Shown piece after piece: positions 11,212 to 20,425 of a DNA stretch of 64,000 bases. Source of the DNA: an uncultured Chloroflexia bacterium (lineage in GTDB: Bacteria > Chloroflexota > Limnocylindria > Limnocylindrales > CSP1-4); the NCBI GenBank assembly GCA_963813535.1, contig CAWEZH010000002.1, positions 1,888,001 through 1,952,000 on the forward strand, read 5' to 3'. A program made the position numbers and the translations under genes. The first letter of the stretch is position 1. Every line of letters starts with the position of its first letter. The notes beneath the pieces are model-generated. The model saw only the letters and a list, made by a program, of their open reading frames with translations, searched no databases and was not told the origin of the DNA.

Positions 11212-11991
11212 TCAGGAGCCCGTGAAACGCGGCGGGCGCTTCTCGCGGAAGGCGGCCAAGCCTTCGGCGTGATCGGCAGACGCTCCGGCGATGCCCTGCA
11301 GTTTGGCTTCGCCCTCGAGGGCCTCGTCGAGGTCGATCGTCAGCGAGCGCTGCAATGCGCTCTTCGCGAGCGACAGTGCGAGCGGCGCACCCTGAGCGAG
11401 CCGATCGGCCAGAGCGCGCGCTTCGGCCATCAGTCGATCGCCCGGCACGACACGCGAGACGAGTCCGAGACGGAGCGCCTCGGCGGCATCGACCGGGTCG
11501 CCGATGAGGGCCAGCTCGGCCGCCTTCGCCGATCCGACCAGCCGTGGCAGGAACCACGTCGCGCCGCTGTCGGGGACGAGCCCGATCCGTCCGAATGCGA
11601 GGACGAATCGCGCATCGTCCGCCGCGAGTCGGATATCGCAGGCGAAGGCGAGCGACGCACCGGCCCCCGCCGCAACGCCGTTGACGGCCGCGATCACCGG
11701 CTGGTCCATCGACCTGAGCGTCCGGATGATGGGGTTGTACCGCTCGCGGACCTCGACCTCGAGGGGAGCCGCGTCGGGCTGCTCTCGCTCCGCCAGGTCC
11801 TGGCCGGCGCAGAAGGCGCGACCGGCACCAGTCAGGATGACGGCCCGCACGGAACGATCCGCCGCGAGCGACGCCAACGCCTCCCGGAGGGCGACCTTGA
11901 CCGGCACGGTGAGCGCGTTCAGCGAGTCCGGCCGGTCCAGCGTGAGGGTCGCGACCGGCCCGTCGACCTCGACGCGCAGGCCTTCGGTCAC
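11212..11991 (-). CDS. paaG: Enoyl-CoA hydratase family, ring-1,2-epoxyphenylacetyl-CoA isomerase-like
   Basis: AFCAGQDL, AAGAGASLAFACD, GLVPDSGATWFLPRLVG (PaaG-type Asp). Confidence 0.85.
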   Translation of the reverse strand: MTEGLRVEVDGPVATLTLDRPDSLNALTVPVKVALREALASLAADRSVRAVILTGAGRAFCAGQDLAEREQPDAAPLEVEVRERYNPIIRTLRSMDQPVIAAVNGVAAGAGASLAFACDIRLAADDARFVLAFGRIGLVPDSGATWFLPRLVGSAKAAELALIGDPVDAAEALRLGLVSRVVPGDRLMAEARALADRLAQGAPLALSLAKSALQRSLTIDLDEALEGEAKLQGIAGASADHAEGLAAFREKRPPRFTGS

Positions 11992-12008
11992 CGAGTGACG
12001 CTCGCCGA

Positions 12009-12797
12009 TCAGGTGAACTCGACCAATCGGCCGTCGACCAGCTCGAACAGTCGTCGATCGACGGGCTCGTCCGCGCCGCCCGACTGCTCGATCGCGAACT
12101 CGCTGAACATCGCAGCGAAACCGGCATCATCGGGACGCAGCGCCGCCGCGGCGAGCACGTGGCGCTCCGGGATGGCGACGAGCACGCGCCCGTCCCCGCC
12201 GAGCTCTCGCGTGAGGTGTTCGATCGTCTCCGGCAGCAGGATGCGCACGGCGTCGAGGCCGTCACCCGTGTCCGAGCTGATCAGCCGTCGATCACCGTCC
12301 CGCTCGTCGGTCCACGGGGCGCTCGCAGCCCACGCTCCCAGGTTGGCCATCGCGGCATCCTGCAGCTCGCTCGGCTCGATGCCCCACGACAACAGATGGT
12401 CGCCGTTCACCACGATGTCGAACCCGTCGGCCGGCAAGGTGTACACCACGGGGATCCCGGCCGGGCCCATGTCGAGCAACGGCTGGGAGTGACTCTGCAT
12501 CGAGTGCTGCGCGAGCGAGTCGCGATCGACCGACTCGATCGGGAGGCCGGCCGTCCCGACCGGCCGGAACGCGGGTCGCACGAGCGGGCGCGCCAGGCCC
12601 CAATCGTGCTCCGGCGCGTCGATGGCCGAACCCGCCGACTCCGGCGTCGGGACGTGGCCGCTGACCGGCGAGGTCTCGTCGATGGGCGAGAGGATGTCCG
12701 GCGGGGCGTCGCGGATGGCCGGTGGTGGCTCGTCAGCGAGGTCGCGGACGGTGTCGCGCCCCACGTCCCTTCCGCCCTCGTTCGGGTCACGCTCCAT
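12009..12797 (-). CDS. Hypothetical protein, DUF1444/YtpQ-like
   Basis: Pattern LLSWGIEPSELQDAAMANL...DGLDAVRILLP...VLVAIPERHVL recalls DUF1444; SD GAGGGAGG. Confidence 0.55.
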   Translation of the reverse strand: MERDPNEGGRDVGRDTVRDLADEPPPAIRDAPPDILSPIDETSPVSGHVPTPESAGSAIDAPEHDWGLARPLVRPAFRPVGTAGLPIESVDRDSLAQHSMQSHSQPLLDMGPAGIPVVYTLPADGFDIVVNGDHLLSWGIEPSELQDAAMANLGAWAASAPWTDERDGDRRLISSDTGDGLDAVRILLPETIEHLTRELGGDGRVLVAIPERHVLAAAALRPDDAGFAAMFSEFAIEQSGGADEPVDRRLFELVDGRLVEFT

Positions 12798-12830
12798 CGT
12801 CGTTGGTCCTCCCTCGAAGCCTGGGCCCGG

Positions 12831-13634
12831 TCATCTGCCGGTCCAGGTCGGTGGTCGTTTCTCCTGGAATGCGCGCATCCCTTCGCGCTGGTCGTCGGTC
12901 GCAAAGAGGTCGAAGAATGCCTCACGCTCGGCGCGGAGGCCGGCGCTCAGCGGCAGCTCGGCCGCCGCGAGCACGGAACGTTTGGCGGCACGCACCGCGA
13001 GCGGCGGCATCGCTGCGATGCGGTCGCCGAGCTCGAGCGCCGCATCGACGACATCCGCCGCCGGCGCGATCGACGTCACGAGGCCGGTCGCGTGCGCCTC
13101 GGCCGCGCCCATCGTCCGACCCGTCAGCACCAGCTCCATGGCGCGTGCCAGCCCGACGGCCCGTGTCAGCCGCTGGGTCCCGCCGGCGCCGGGCATGACG
13201 CCGATGCGGATCTCCGGCTGACCGAACTGCGCGTCGTCACCCGCGACGATGAGGTCGCACGTCATGGCCAGCTCGCAGCCACCACCCAGCGCGAAGCCGC
13301 GGACCGCGGCGATGAGGGGGATACCGATCGCGCCGAGCCTGTCCCACGCGTCGAAGTTGCCCTCGGATCGCAGACGCTCAGGGGTCTGGTCGGCCAGCTC
13401 GACGATGTCGGCGCCCGCCGCGAAGGCCCGGTCGCCCGCGCCCGTGATGACCACGACACGCGTCAGGCCATCCCGATCCATCTTCTCGAGCTCGTCGGCC
13501 AACTCGGCCAGCAGCGTGAAGCTCAGCGCATTGCGCGCCTCGGGTCGGTCGATCGTCGCCAGCGCCACGCCGGTGTGGCCCTCGACCGGGGCATCGACGC
13601 GGATGAAGCGGGTCGTCGGCATGGCGTCGGTCAC
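12831..13634 (-). CDS. paaF: Enoyl-CoA hydratase (2,3-dehydroadipyl-CoA hydratase-like)
   Basis: AFAAGADI, GFALGGGCELAMTCD, FGQPEIRIGVMPGAGGTQRL with both catalytic Glu; start could be 13640 or 13634. Confidence 0.85.
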   Translation of the reverse strand: MTDAMPTTRFIRVDAPVEGHTGVALATIDRPEARNALSFTLLAELADELEKMDRDGLTRVVVITGAGDRAFAAGADIVELADQTPERLRSEGNFDAWDRLGAIGIPLIAAVRGFALGGGCELAMTCDLIVAGDDAQFGQPEIRIGVMPGAGGTQRLTRAVGLARAMELVLTGRTMGAAEAHATGLVTSIAPAADVVDAALELGDRIAAMPPLAVRAAKRSVLAAAELPLSAGLRAEREAFFDLFATDDQREGMRAFQEKRPPTWTGR

Positions 13635-13730
13635 GCGCACTCCTCGCGGCTCGTCGGGCAAGTATCCACGACCCGGGAAGTCGGCACCGGGCGTCCAACC
13701 GCGTTGCGGGCCACGACGGCGGCCTCTGTC

Positions 13731-14057
13731 TCAGCCGTTCAGGTCGTCCGCATCCTCGAGGACCAGCAGCGTCGCGAGTCCGGGCGCGATCTCGCGCAGG
13801 CTGCGGCCGGCAGCGCGCATCGCATCCGATGCCAGGCCGGCGTCGAGTGCCGCGCGGTCATCGAACTGCATCGCCGTGACCATGACGAGGTCAGTCTCGC
13901 CCCCGAGCGCCTCGGCGACCCGACGGACGTCCGTGGAGCGGAGACCGGGCGTCTGTGCGACCAGCGGCAGGTGCTCTGCCGCGTATCGCCGCTCGAACTC
14001 GGCGAGGGCCGGCTCGCCACCCTCGGGACGGCGGTACAAGGCGAGGAGCGTCGTCAT
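13731..14057 (-). CDS. EthD family protein
   Basis: LLALYRRP...FERRYAAEHLPLVAQTPGL...MQFDDRAALDAGLAS. Confidence 0.85.
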   Translation of the reverse strand: MTTLLALYRRPEGGEPALAEFERRYAAEHLPLVAQTPGLRSTDVRRVAEALGGETDLVMVTAMQFDDRAALDAGLASDAMRAAGRSLREIAPGLATLLVLEDADDLNG

Positions 14058-14860
14058 GTCGGGACCTCCGTGGTCAGTGGCTCGTGGGCGCGGGCGCGCG
14101 CGATGGACTCGGTCGACCGGTAGAAGTCGGTGAGCGCAGCCTCGAGGAGTGGCAGGTGCTCGCCCAGTGGATCATGGCCGACGTCGGGCAGCACGAGAAG
14201 GCGACCATCCTGGACCTGGCGCGCCAGCGCCGCTGCCTGGGGGATCGGCACGAACGGGTCGCGGTCACCGTCCACCACCAGCGTCGGCGCATCGATCGCC
14301 CGCAGGTCACGCGGCGTGAGCAGCGGTTGCGCCGCGATATCCGAGACGATCGCGTCGAGCAGTCGCCGCCAGCTGCCCGAACCGTGGGCGGGGTCGTGCC
14401 GGGCCGCCAGTCGGGCCGCCCATCCGGGATCCTCACGCTCGATGGTCTCGGTATCCATGAGCGCCCGCCCGACGGCCAGGCGGGGCTCGCGCTCGGGCCC
14501 GATGCTGATCGCCACCAGCGTCCTGATCCGATCGGGGAAGCGCGCGGCGTAGTGGAGCGCGGTCATCCCACCCATCGAATATCCGAGCAGGTGGAACGTG
14601 GTGAGCCCGACCGCATCGACGTACGCGTCGAGATCGGCCACCAGGTCAGTGGTGGTCCAGCTCTCGTTCGCGTCCCAGGCCGTCCCACCATGACCGCGCG
14701 CGTCCGGCATGTAGCAGCGGAATGCCTCCGCGAGCACGGGCCGGAGTCCCGCGAAGTGGTCGCCCCCGCTGCCGGTCGCACCATGGAGCAGCACGAGCGG
14801 CGGTCCGGCGCCGTCGACTTGGTAGGCGGTCACGCGTCCGTCGGCATCGATCGTCGGCAT
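14054..14860 (-). CDS. Alpha/beta fold hydrolase
   Basis: PLVLLHGATG, DARGHG, GYSMGG nucleophile elbow, GDRDPFV, GH; TAGCAT -10 8 nt upstream of ATG 14860. Confidence 0.9.
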   Translation of the reverse strand: MPTIDADGRVTAYQVDGAGPPLVLLHGATGSGGDHFAGLRPVLAEAFRCYMPDARGHGGTAWDANESWTTTDLVADLDAYVDAVGLTTFHLLGYSMGGMTALHYAARFPDRIRTLVAISIGPEREPRLAVGRALMDTETIEREDPGWAARLAARHDPAHGSGSWRRLLDAIVSDIAAQPLLTPRDLRAIDAPTLVVDGDRDPFVPIPQAAALARQVQDGRLLVLPDVGHDPLGEHLPLLEAALTDFYRSTESIARARAHEPLTTEVPT

Positions 14861-14894
14861 CGGGTCGGATGCTAGCCCAGCTATCCTCCGGCGG

Positions 14895-15809
14895 ATGCTC
14901 ACCCATCGACCGGCGGCCGATGTCGAGGACCTCTCGACCGCGGCGGCCCTGATGTCCGCCGCATGGCAGGCCGACGCCCCGCACGTCGCCGAGACGCCGG
15001 CGGCGATCGAGTGGTGGTACACGGTGACGTATCCGGATCCACTCGCCGACCACCTCCGGTTGTGGTTCGACGACGGCCGTCCGGTCGCCTGGACGTGGCA
15101 CGAGCCGCCGGAGCTCGAGTGCCACGTCTGGACCGGCGATGCCGATACCGAAGCGGAGGTCTTCGGGGCCATCATCCAGGCGGTCGACGCGGACGCCGGC
15201 GATGCCGAGCTGGCGGCGTTCGCGGCAGATGACGACCCCGCCGCGATCGACGCCCTCCGCGGACGTGGCTTCGAGCCGGCCGGTCGCATCCTGACGCAGT
15301 GGCAATTCGGTGTCGCTGACGGCGTCCCCGGGCCCGCGGTCATGCCCGAGGGCTACCGCATCCGAGGGCTCCGCGGGCCGGACGAATTCCCGGCCCGCGT
15401 CGACGTGCACCGCGCGGCGTTCCCGACCTCACGCCTGACGTCCGAGAAATACGGGCGGCTCCTGACCGTGCCCCATTACCGGTTGGACGACGACCTCGTC
15501 GTCGAGGCGTCCGATGGGGCGCTGGCCGCGTTCGCCCTGACCTGGTACGACCCGATCGGGCGGGTCGGCGAGCTCGAGCCGGTCGGGACGCATCCGGACC
15601 ACCAGCGGCGCGGCCTGTCGCGGGCGATCGTCACGGCCGGGGTCGACCGGCTGTTCGAGCGCGGTGCACGGACCGTCCAGGTCTATTCGGATGCCTCGGA
15701 GGCGCCGGCCGAAGCGCTCTACGCAGCGGCAGGCTTCCGTCGCCGGGCCACCCATCGCCGGTACACCATCCGGTCGCCGCGCTCCGCGGACGCTACGATC
15801 GACGCATGA
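14895..15809 (+). CDS. GNAT family N-acetyltransferase
   Basis: C-terminal EPVGTHPDHQRRGLSRA...ALYAAAGF acetyl-CoA motif. Confidence 0.85.
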   Translation: MLTHRPAADVEDLSTAAALMSAAWQADAPHVAETPAAIEWWYTVTYPDPLADHLRLWFDDGRPVAWTWHEPPELECHVWTGDADTEAEVFGAIIQAVDADAGDAELAAFAADDDPAAIDALRGRGFEPAGRILTQWQFGVADGVPGPAVMPEGYRIRGLRGPDEFPARVDVHRAAFPTSRLTSEKYGRLLTVPHYRLDDDLVVEASDGALAAFALTWYDPIGRVGELEPVGTHPDHQRRGLSRAIVTAGVDRLFERGARTVQVYSDASEAPAEALYAAAGFRRRATHRRYTIRSPRSADATIDA

Positions 15810-17215
15810 CCGACGATCGCGAGGGATCCAGGATCGAACGCGATTCGATGGGTGAGATGGCCGTCCCCGCGGACGCCCTGTACGGCGCGTCGACCCAACG
15901 TGCCGTCCTCAACTTCCCGATCTCCGGCCAGCGCTTCCCGCGGCGGTTCATCCGCGTCCTGGCGCTGATCAAGCTCGCCGCGGCGGACACGAACAGCGAG
16001 CTGGGTCTCCTCGACGCCGGCGTCGCGCGGGCGATCGCCGGCGCAGCAGCGACCGTCGCCGACGGCGACCACGACGACCAGTTCCCGATCGACATCTACC
16101 AGACGGGATCGGGCACATCGACCAATACGAACATGAACGAGGTCGTGGCCCACCTCGCGACTGCGCGGCTCGGCTCGGACCGGCGCGTCCATCCCAACGA
16201 CGACGTCAATCGCTGCCAGAGCTCCAACGACGACATCCCGACCGCTCTCCAGCTCAGCGCCGCGCTGGCCATCGAGGAGGCGCTCATCCCGGCGCTGGTG
16301 CATCTCCAGCGAGCCCTGGCCGCGAAGGCGGAGGAGTTCTGGCCCGTCGTCAAGACCGGCCGGACCCACCTCCAGGACGCGACGCCGATCCGACTCGGCC
16401 AGGAATTCGAGGGCTATGCCGGCCAGGTGGAGGAGGCCATCCGGCGGGTGCAGACCGCGCGCGACGAGCTGCTCACGGTGCCCCTCGGCGGGACGGCCGT
16501 CGGAACGGGCATCAACGCCCATCCCGAGTTCGCCGCTCGAACGTGCGCGCGGCTCACCGAGCTGCTGAACCTACCCGTCCGCGAAGCCCCGAACCACTTC
16601 CATGCGCAGGCGACGCTCGATGTCCCGATCGCGGCCCACGGCGCCGTCCGGACGACCGCACTGGGCCTGTGGAAGATCGCGTCGGACATCCGACTGATGG
16701 GTATGGGACCACGCGCGGGGATCGGGGAGCTGGCACTTCCCGAGACACAGCCCGGCTCGTCGATCATGCCCGGCAAGGTGAACCCGGTGATCATCGAGAG
16801 CCTGACGATGGTCACGGCGCGCGTCGTCGGCAACGACGCCACCATCGCGTTCGCCCAGACCGGCTCGTTGCTGGAGCTCAACGTGATGCTGCCGGTGACG
16901 GCCGTTTCGCTGCTCGAGTCGATCGAGCTGCTCGCCGCCGCGGCGCGGAACTTCGCCGATCGGACCGTGAGCGGACTTTCGGCCACGGGTCGCGGCCCCG
17001 CGCTGGTCGAGCAGGGGCTGATGCTGGCGACCGCGCTGGCGCCGGTGATCGGCTACGACGATGCGGCAGCTCTGGCCAAGGAGGCGCTCAAGTCGGGTCG
17101 GACGATCCGCGAGCTCGCGCTCGAGCGGGGCATGGCCGCCGACGATCTCGACCGTCTGCTGGACCCGGCCTCGATGACCGAGCCCGGTCTCGGGAGTGGC
17201 TCGGCCGGCGGCTGA
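15806..17215 (+). CDS. fumC: Class II fumarate hydratase
   Basis: RIERDSMGE, YQTGSGTSTNTNMNEV, KTGRTHLQDATP, GSSIMPGKVNPV signature. Confidence 0.9.
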   Translation: MTDDREGSRIERDSMGEMAVPADALYGASTQRAVLNFPISGQRFPRRFIRVLALIKLAAADTNSELGLLDAGVARAIAGAAATVADGDHDDQFPIDIYQTGSGTSTNTNMNEVVAHLATARLGSDRRVHPNDDVNRCQSSNDDIPTALQLSAALAIEEALIPALVHLQRALAAKAEEFWPVVKTGRTHLQDATPIRLGQEFEGYAGQVEEAIRRVQTARDELLTVPLGGTAVGTGINAHPEFAARTCARLTELLNLPVREAPNHFHAQATLDVPIAAHGAVRTTALGLWKIASDIRLMGMGPRAGIGELALPETQPGSSIMPGKVNPVIIESLTMVTARVVGNDATIAFAQTGSLLELNVMLPVTAVSLLESIELLAAAARNFADRTVSGLSATGRGPALVEQGLMLATALAPVIGYDDAAALAKEALKSGRTIRELALERGMAADDLDRLLDPASMTEPGLGSGSAGG

Positions 17216-17248
17216 ACCCTGCGGGCCGGATCCCGACGCGCCCGATCC

Positions 17249-18655
17249 CTACGGCGCCTGATCCAGGAGTCGTTCAGCCGCGTCGATCCCCGACAACCAC
17301 GCTCCGTGGACTGTCGATGGGAAGCGCACGCTGGTCGCCTCGCCGGCCAGCGTGAGGCGAGGGCCGAGTGGCTCGGCGAGCGCGGCCCTGTCCTCCGGCG
17401 ACGACCCGAGCCCCAGGAAGGAGTAGGCGCCCCGGGCCAGCGGATCCTTCCCCCAACGCGTGACGACCGCCGCCGACGGCCGTTCCGTCGACTCGGCGAC
17501 GACAGCGCGATACGCCGTGAGTGCCTCGGCGACGACGGTGGCGTCATCGAGCCGTTCCAGACGCCGTGCCTCGGATCCAGTGGCGAACCCGACGACGATC
17601 GGCTCGTTCGTGACCGGTTGGAGATCGATCCACTCGCGGAACGTCGGCTCGCCGACCCGGCCGAGCCAGTCGGCGCCACCCGGGAAATCACGCTCCGGGA
17701 AGCGCATGGCGACTTTCAGGAAGCTGCCCATGCCAAGCCGCCCGATCGCGTCGGCCACGGCTCCCGGCAGCGCCGGCCGGAACGTGACGTCGCCGGCCTT
17801 GAGGACGCCCAGCGGGAGCGTCACGATCGCCCGATCCACGGACAGCCGTCCGCCATCGGTCGTCACCACGACGGCTGCATCGGTCACCTCGATCGACGTC
17901 ACCCGCTGTCCGAGGCGGATGTCGAGGGTCTCCGCGATCGGGTCGAAGACGGAGCGATACCCGCCCTCGAGCATGACCCACAGCCCCTCGAGCGACTCGC
18001 CATCAAGCAGCGTCCTGACCGATAGCTCGGTCAGGTCGGCGGCGTGATCCGCGCCGATCTCGACGTCGGCCGCCCAGCGGAGGTATCGGTCGAGGAGCGC
18101 AGGATCGACGTCGGTCGGTGCGGGACCCGCAGCCTGCGTCGCGCGCTCCAGGGCGTCCGCGACGGGTTCATCGGCAGGACCGGATCCCGCGTGTCGTGTG
18201 ACGTCGCCCAGGACCGCCTGATATCTCGTCCACAACGGCTCCTCGTCCCGCCACGGCATGCGTCGCCCATCCTGGTCGTACGTCGCGAAGCGGTCGAACG
18301 ACGTCCGCGTGAACCGAGTGCCGGCCGCTCGCGCGAGCGGCACGAGCGGATTCCCCGTGGTGCCGTGGATCCACGACGCCCCGAGATCGAGCGGAGGTCC
18401 GAGCGCATCCGATGTCCAGGCACGTCCACCGATCCGGTCGCGGGCCTCGAGGACGGTGACGGTCTGCCCGGCCTCGGTCAATCGCCGCGCCGCCCCGAGA
18501 CCGGCCGCGCCGGCGCCGATGACGAGCGCAGTGCCGGGGACCGGATCCTGTCTGCGTGGCGTCGCGCAGCCCGCGAGGGCGAGGGCACCCGAGCCAAGCA
18601 CCGCTGCGCGGAGGAACGATCGTCGGTCCAGACAGAGGAGCGTTCGGGATGTCAA
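17249..18655 (-). CDS. Flavin monoamine oxidase family protein, Tat-exported lipoprotein
   Basis: TTG 18655 overlapping upstream stop; DRRSFL Tat motif, LAGC lipobox; GAGAAG, EARDRIGGR, DLGASWIHG, RWGKDPLARGAYS, AGEAT...STVHGAWLSG. Confidence 0.88.
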   Translation of the reverse strand: MTSRTLLCLDRRSFLRAAVLGSGALALAGCATPRRQDPVPGTALVIGAGAAGLGAARRLTEAGQTVTVLEARDRIGGRAWTSDALGPPLDLGASWIHGTTGNPLVPLARAAGTRFTRTSFDRFATYDQDGRRMPWRDEEPLWTRYQAVLGDVTRHAGSGPADEPVADALERATQAAGPAPTDVDPALLDRYLRWAADVEIGADHAADLTELSVRTLLDGESLEGLWVMLEGGYRSVFDPIAETLDIRLGQRVTSIEVTDAAVVVTTDGGRLSVDRAIVTLPLGVLKAGDVTFRPALPGAVADAIGRLGMGSFLKVAMRFPERDFPGGADWLGRVGEPTFREWIDLQPVTNEPIVVGFATGSEARRLERLDDATVVAEALTAYRAVVAESTERPSAAVVTRWGKDPLARGAYSFLGLGSSPEDRAALAEPLGPRLTLAGEATSVRFPSTVHGAWLSGIDAAERLLDQAP

Positions 18656-19344
18656 GCCCGCCTCGGTGGCAGCGACGGGACGATCGCGGTGAGGGCCAGG
18701 ACGATCCAGGCGCCCCCGGCGATGGCCCACGCGAGCGGGGTCGGCACGAGCATGGCGGCCCCCGCGACGAGCACGATCTCCCCGATCGGATGATCCCGGG
18801 CGTTCCAGCGGACGAGGCCCACCGCGACGGTCGCGATCGCGGCGAGGGACTGGCACGCCCCGGTGATCGCGCCGTACGGGCCGCCGATGGCGGCGACCAG
18901 CAGCGCGGCGACCCACAGGCCATACGCAGCGAGGGTCAGCAACAGGGCGAGGTCCGCACCGCGAGGCGGCTCGAGCCCCGACCGCCGATCCACGGCGATC
19001 ACGACGACGGCCGTCGCGACCGCACCGACGACGCCGACGGGGACGGTCTCGAGCAGGAAGCCCGGCCAGTCCGGCGCCGTGGGCTGCAGCGCACTCGCCA
19101 ACCCACAGACGATCCACGCGGCGCCACCGACGATCGCGGCGACCCATGGCAGTGGCGGTGGTGTCCGGGGATGCAGCCGGGCGTCGAGCGCTCCACGCAC
19201 GAGATCGAGCCGCATCCGGCGATCGAGCGGCCGTGCCTCGAGGATGGCGCGCATCTCCGGTTCGTACCGGTCGCGCCAGTCACGCGGATACAGCCGCAAC
19301 CAGCCGGCGCCGTTGATGCCCGTTGCTCGATCCCTCAGACGCAT
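18652..19344 (-). CDS. PadR-associated membrane protein
   Basis: WLRLYPRDWRDRYEPEM N-terminal motif typical of genes following padR, plus about 5-6 TM segments. Confidence 0.7.
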   Translation of the reverse strand: MRLRDRATGINGAGWLRLYPRDWRDRYEPEMRAILEARPLDRRMRLDLVRGALDARLHPRTPPPLPWVAAIVGGAAWIVCGLASALQPTAPDWPGFLLETVPVGVVGAVATAVVVIAVDRRSGLEPPRGADLALLLTLAAYGLWVAALLVAAIGGPYGAITGACQSLAAIATVAVGLVRWNARDHPIGEIVLVAGAAMLVPTPLAWAIAGGAWIVLALTAIVPSLPPRRA

Positions 19345-19994
19345 CCGTTCTCGACCAGCGGCGGGATCACCCCCGGCTGGCCGAGCGCTACGGGCAACGG
19401 CCCGAGGGTGACGGTGCTTGTGTCGACGAACAGTACTCCGCGCTCATCGACGCGCACGGCGAACCGATCCATGCCCCGCTCGGCCGGGCCGTAGCGCAAG
19501 CCGTCGACCTTGATGCCGAGGCGGTCATACCGCGATTGGTGGCACGGGCAGCGCATCCAGAAGTCCTCGAGGCAGGGGTTCGGGCGGCACCCGAGATGCG
19601 GGCAGATCTGCGACAGGGCGCGCACGTTGAGCGCTCGACCGTCACCCGTCGGGTCGTCGCCGGGCGACCAGCCGCCGCGGCTGGGATCGACGATGACGAT
19701 GAATCCCTTGGCATCGGCGACGTACGCGGGGAAGCCTTCCCCGAACGGCAGGGCCGCGTTCGCGGCGAGCAGCTCTGGGTATGTCCCGATCCGAACGACA
19801 CCGGTGGCGTTCCGGCCCGCCGACCAGGCGAAGCCGACGGTGCCCGCGAGGGCCTCGATGGCCAACAGCCCCACCGCCGTCCCGAGGGCACGCCGCAACA
19901 GGGTCCGCCGCGACAGCCCGGACGGGACCGCGTCTCGCCTGGCCCGGATGGCCGGGCCGGCGATGGTGGTGCTCGGCACCGGCTCGTGACTCAC
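19335..19994 (-). CDS. Rieske 2Fe-2S protein with Tat signal/anchor
   Basis: SRRTLL Tat motif + TM helix; CPHLGC and CPCHQSRY Rieske boxes; GPAERGMDRF; GTGA coupling to padR. Confidence 0.9.
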   Translation of the reverse strand: MSHEPVPSTTIAGPAIRARRDAVPSGLSRRTLLRRALGTAVGLLAIEALAGTVGFAWSAGRNATGVVRIGTYPELLAANAALPFGEGFPAYVADAKGFIVIVDPSRGGWSPGDDPTGDGRALNVRALSQICPHLGCRPNPCLEDFWMRCPCHQSRYDRLGIKVDGLRYGPAERGMDRFAVRVDERGVLFVDTSTVTLGPLPVALGQPGVIPPLVENGCV

Positions 19995-20314
19995 GGCTCC
20001 GTGCGCCCCAGACGTCGCAGGGCGGTCCGGGTGAAGCCGCGCATGCTCTCGAGCTGCGCGCGGAGGGTCGTCGCCCCGAGCGTCGTGAGGCGATACGGCC
20101 GACGGCGGTCCACCGGTTCCAGCGCTTCGATGAGGCCGCGCCCCTCGAGCCGCGCGAGCGCGGCGTACAGCGTGCCGGGGCCGAGCGGCGACCCCGAGAT
20201 GTCCTCGACATCGGTCATGATCGCGTAGCCGTGCTTGGGCCCCTCGCTGAGCGACAGCAGGATGTACAACGATGGCTCGGCAAATCGCCCGAACTCCGGG
20301 ATCCCATCCGTCAC
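19991..20314 (-). CDS. PadR family transcriptional regulator
   Basis: ILLSLSEGPKHGYAIM...LGPGTLYAALARLEGRGLI...RRRPYRLT. Confidence 0.92.
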   Translation of the reverse strand: MTDGIPEFGRFAEPSLYILLSLSEGPKHGYAIMTDVEDISGSPLGPGTLYAALARLEGRGLIEALEPVDRRRPYRLTTLGATTLRAQLESMRGFTRTALRRLGRTEP

Positions 20315-20324
20315 CCTGCACCTC

Positions 20325-20381
20325 TGTATCGCGGTACGCTATATCGTGATACGATATACGCCCGAAGATGACGCGTGTCAA
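20325..20381 (-). promoter_or_regulatory. padR operon promoter with tandem palindromic operator
   Basis: Minus strand TTGACA (20381-20376), 17 bp, TATATC; perfect palindrome TATATCGT-GAT-ACGATATA (20340-20358) and a degenerate copy at 20325-20343. Confidence 0.75.
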
Positions 20382-20425
20382 GCGCCGTCACGGCGCGAGA
20401 GTCGTCACCGGTACAATCCGGCGCG

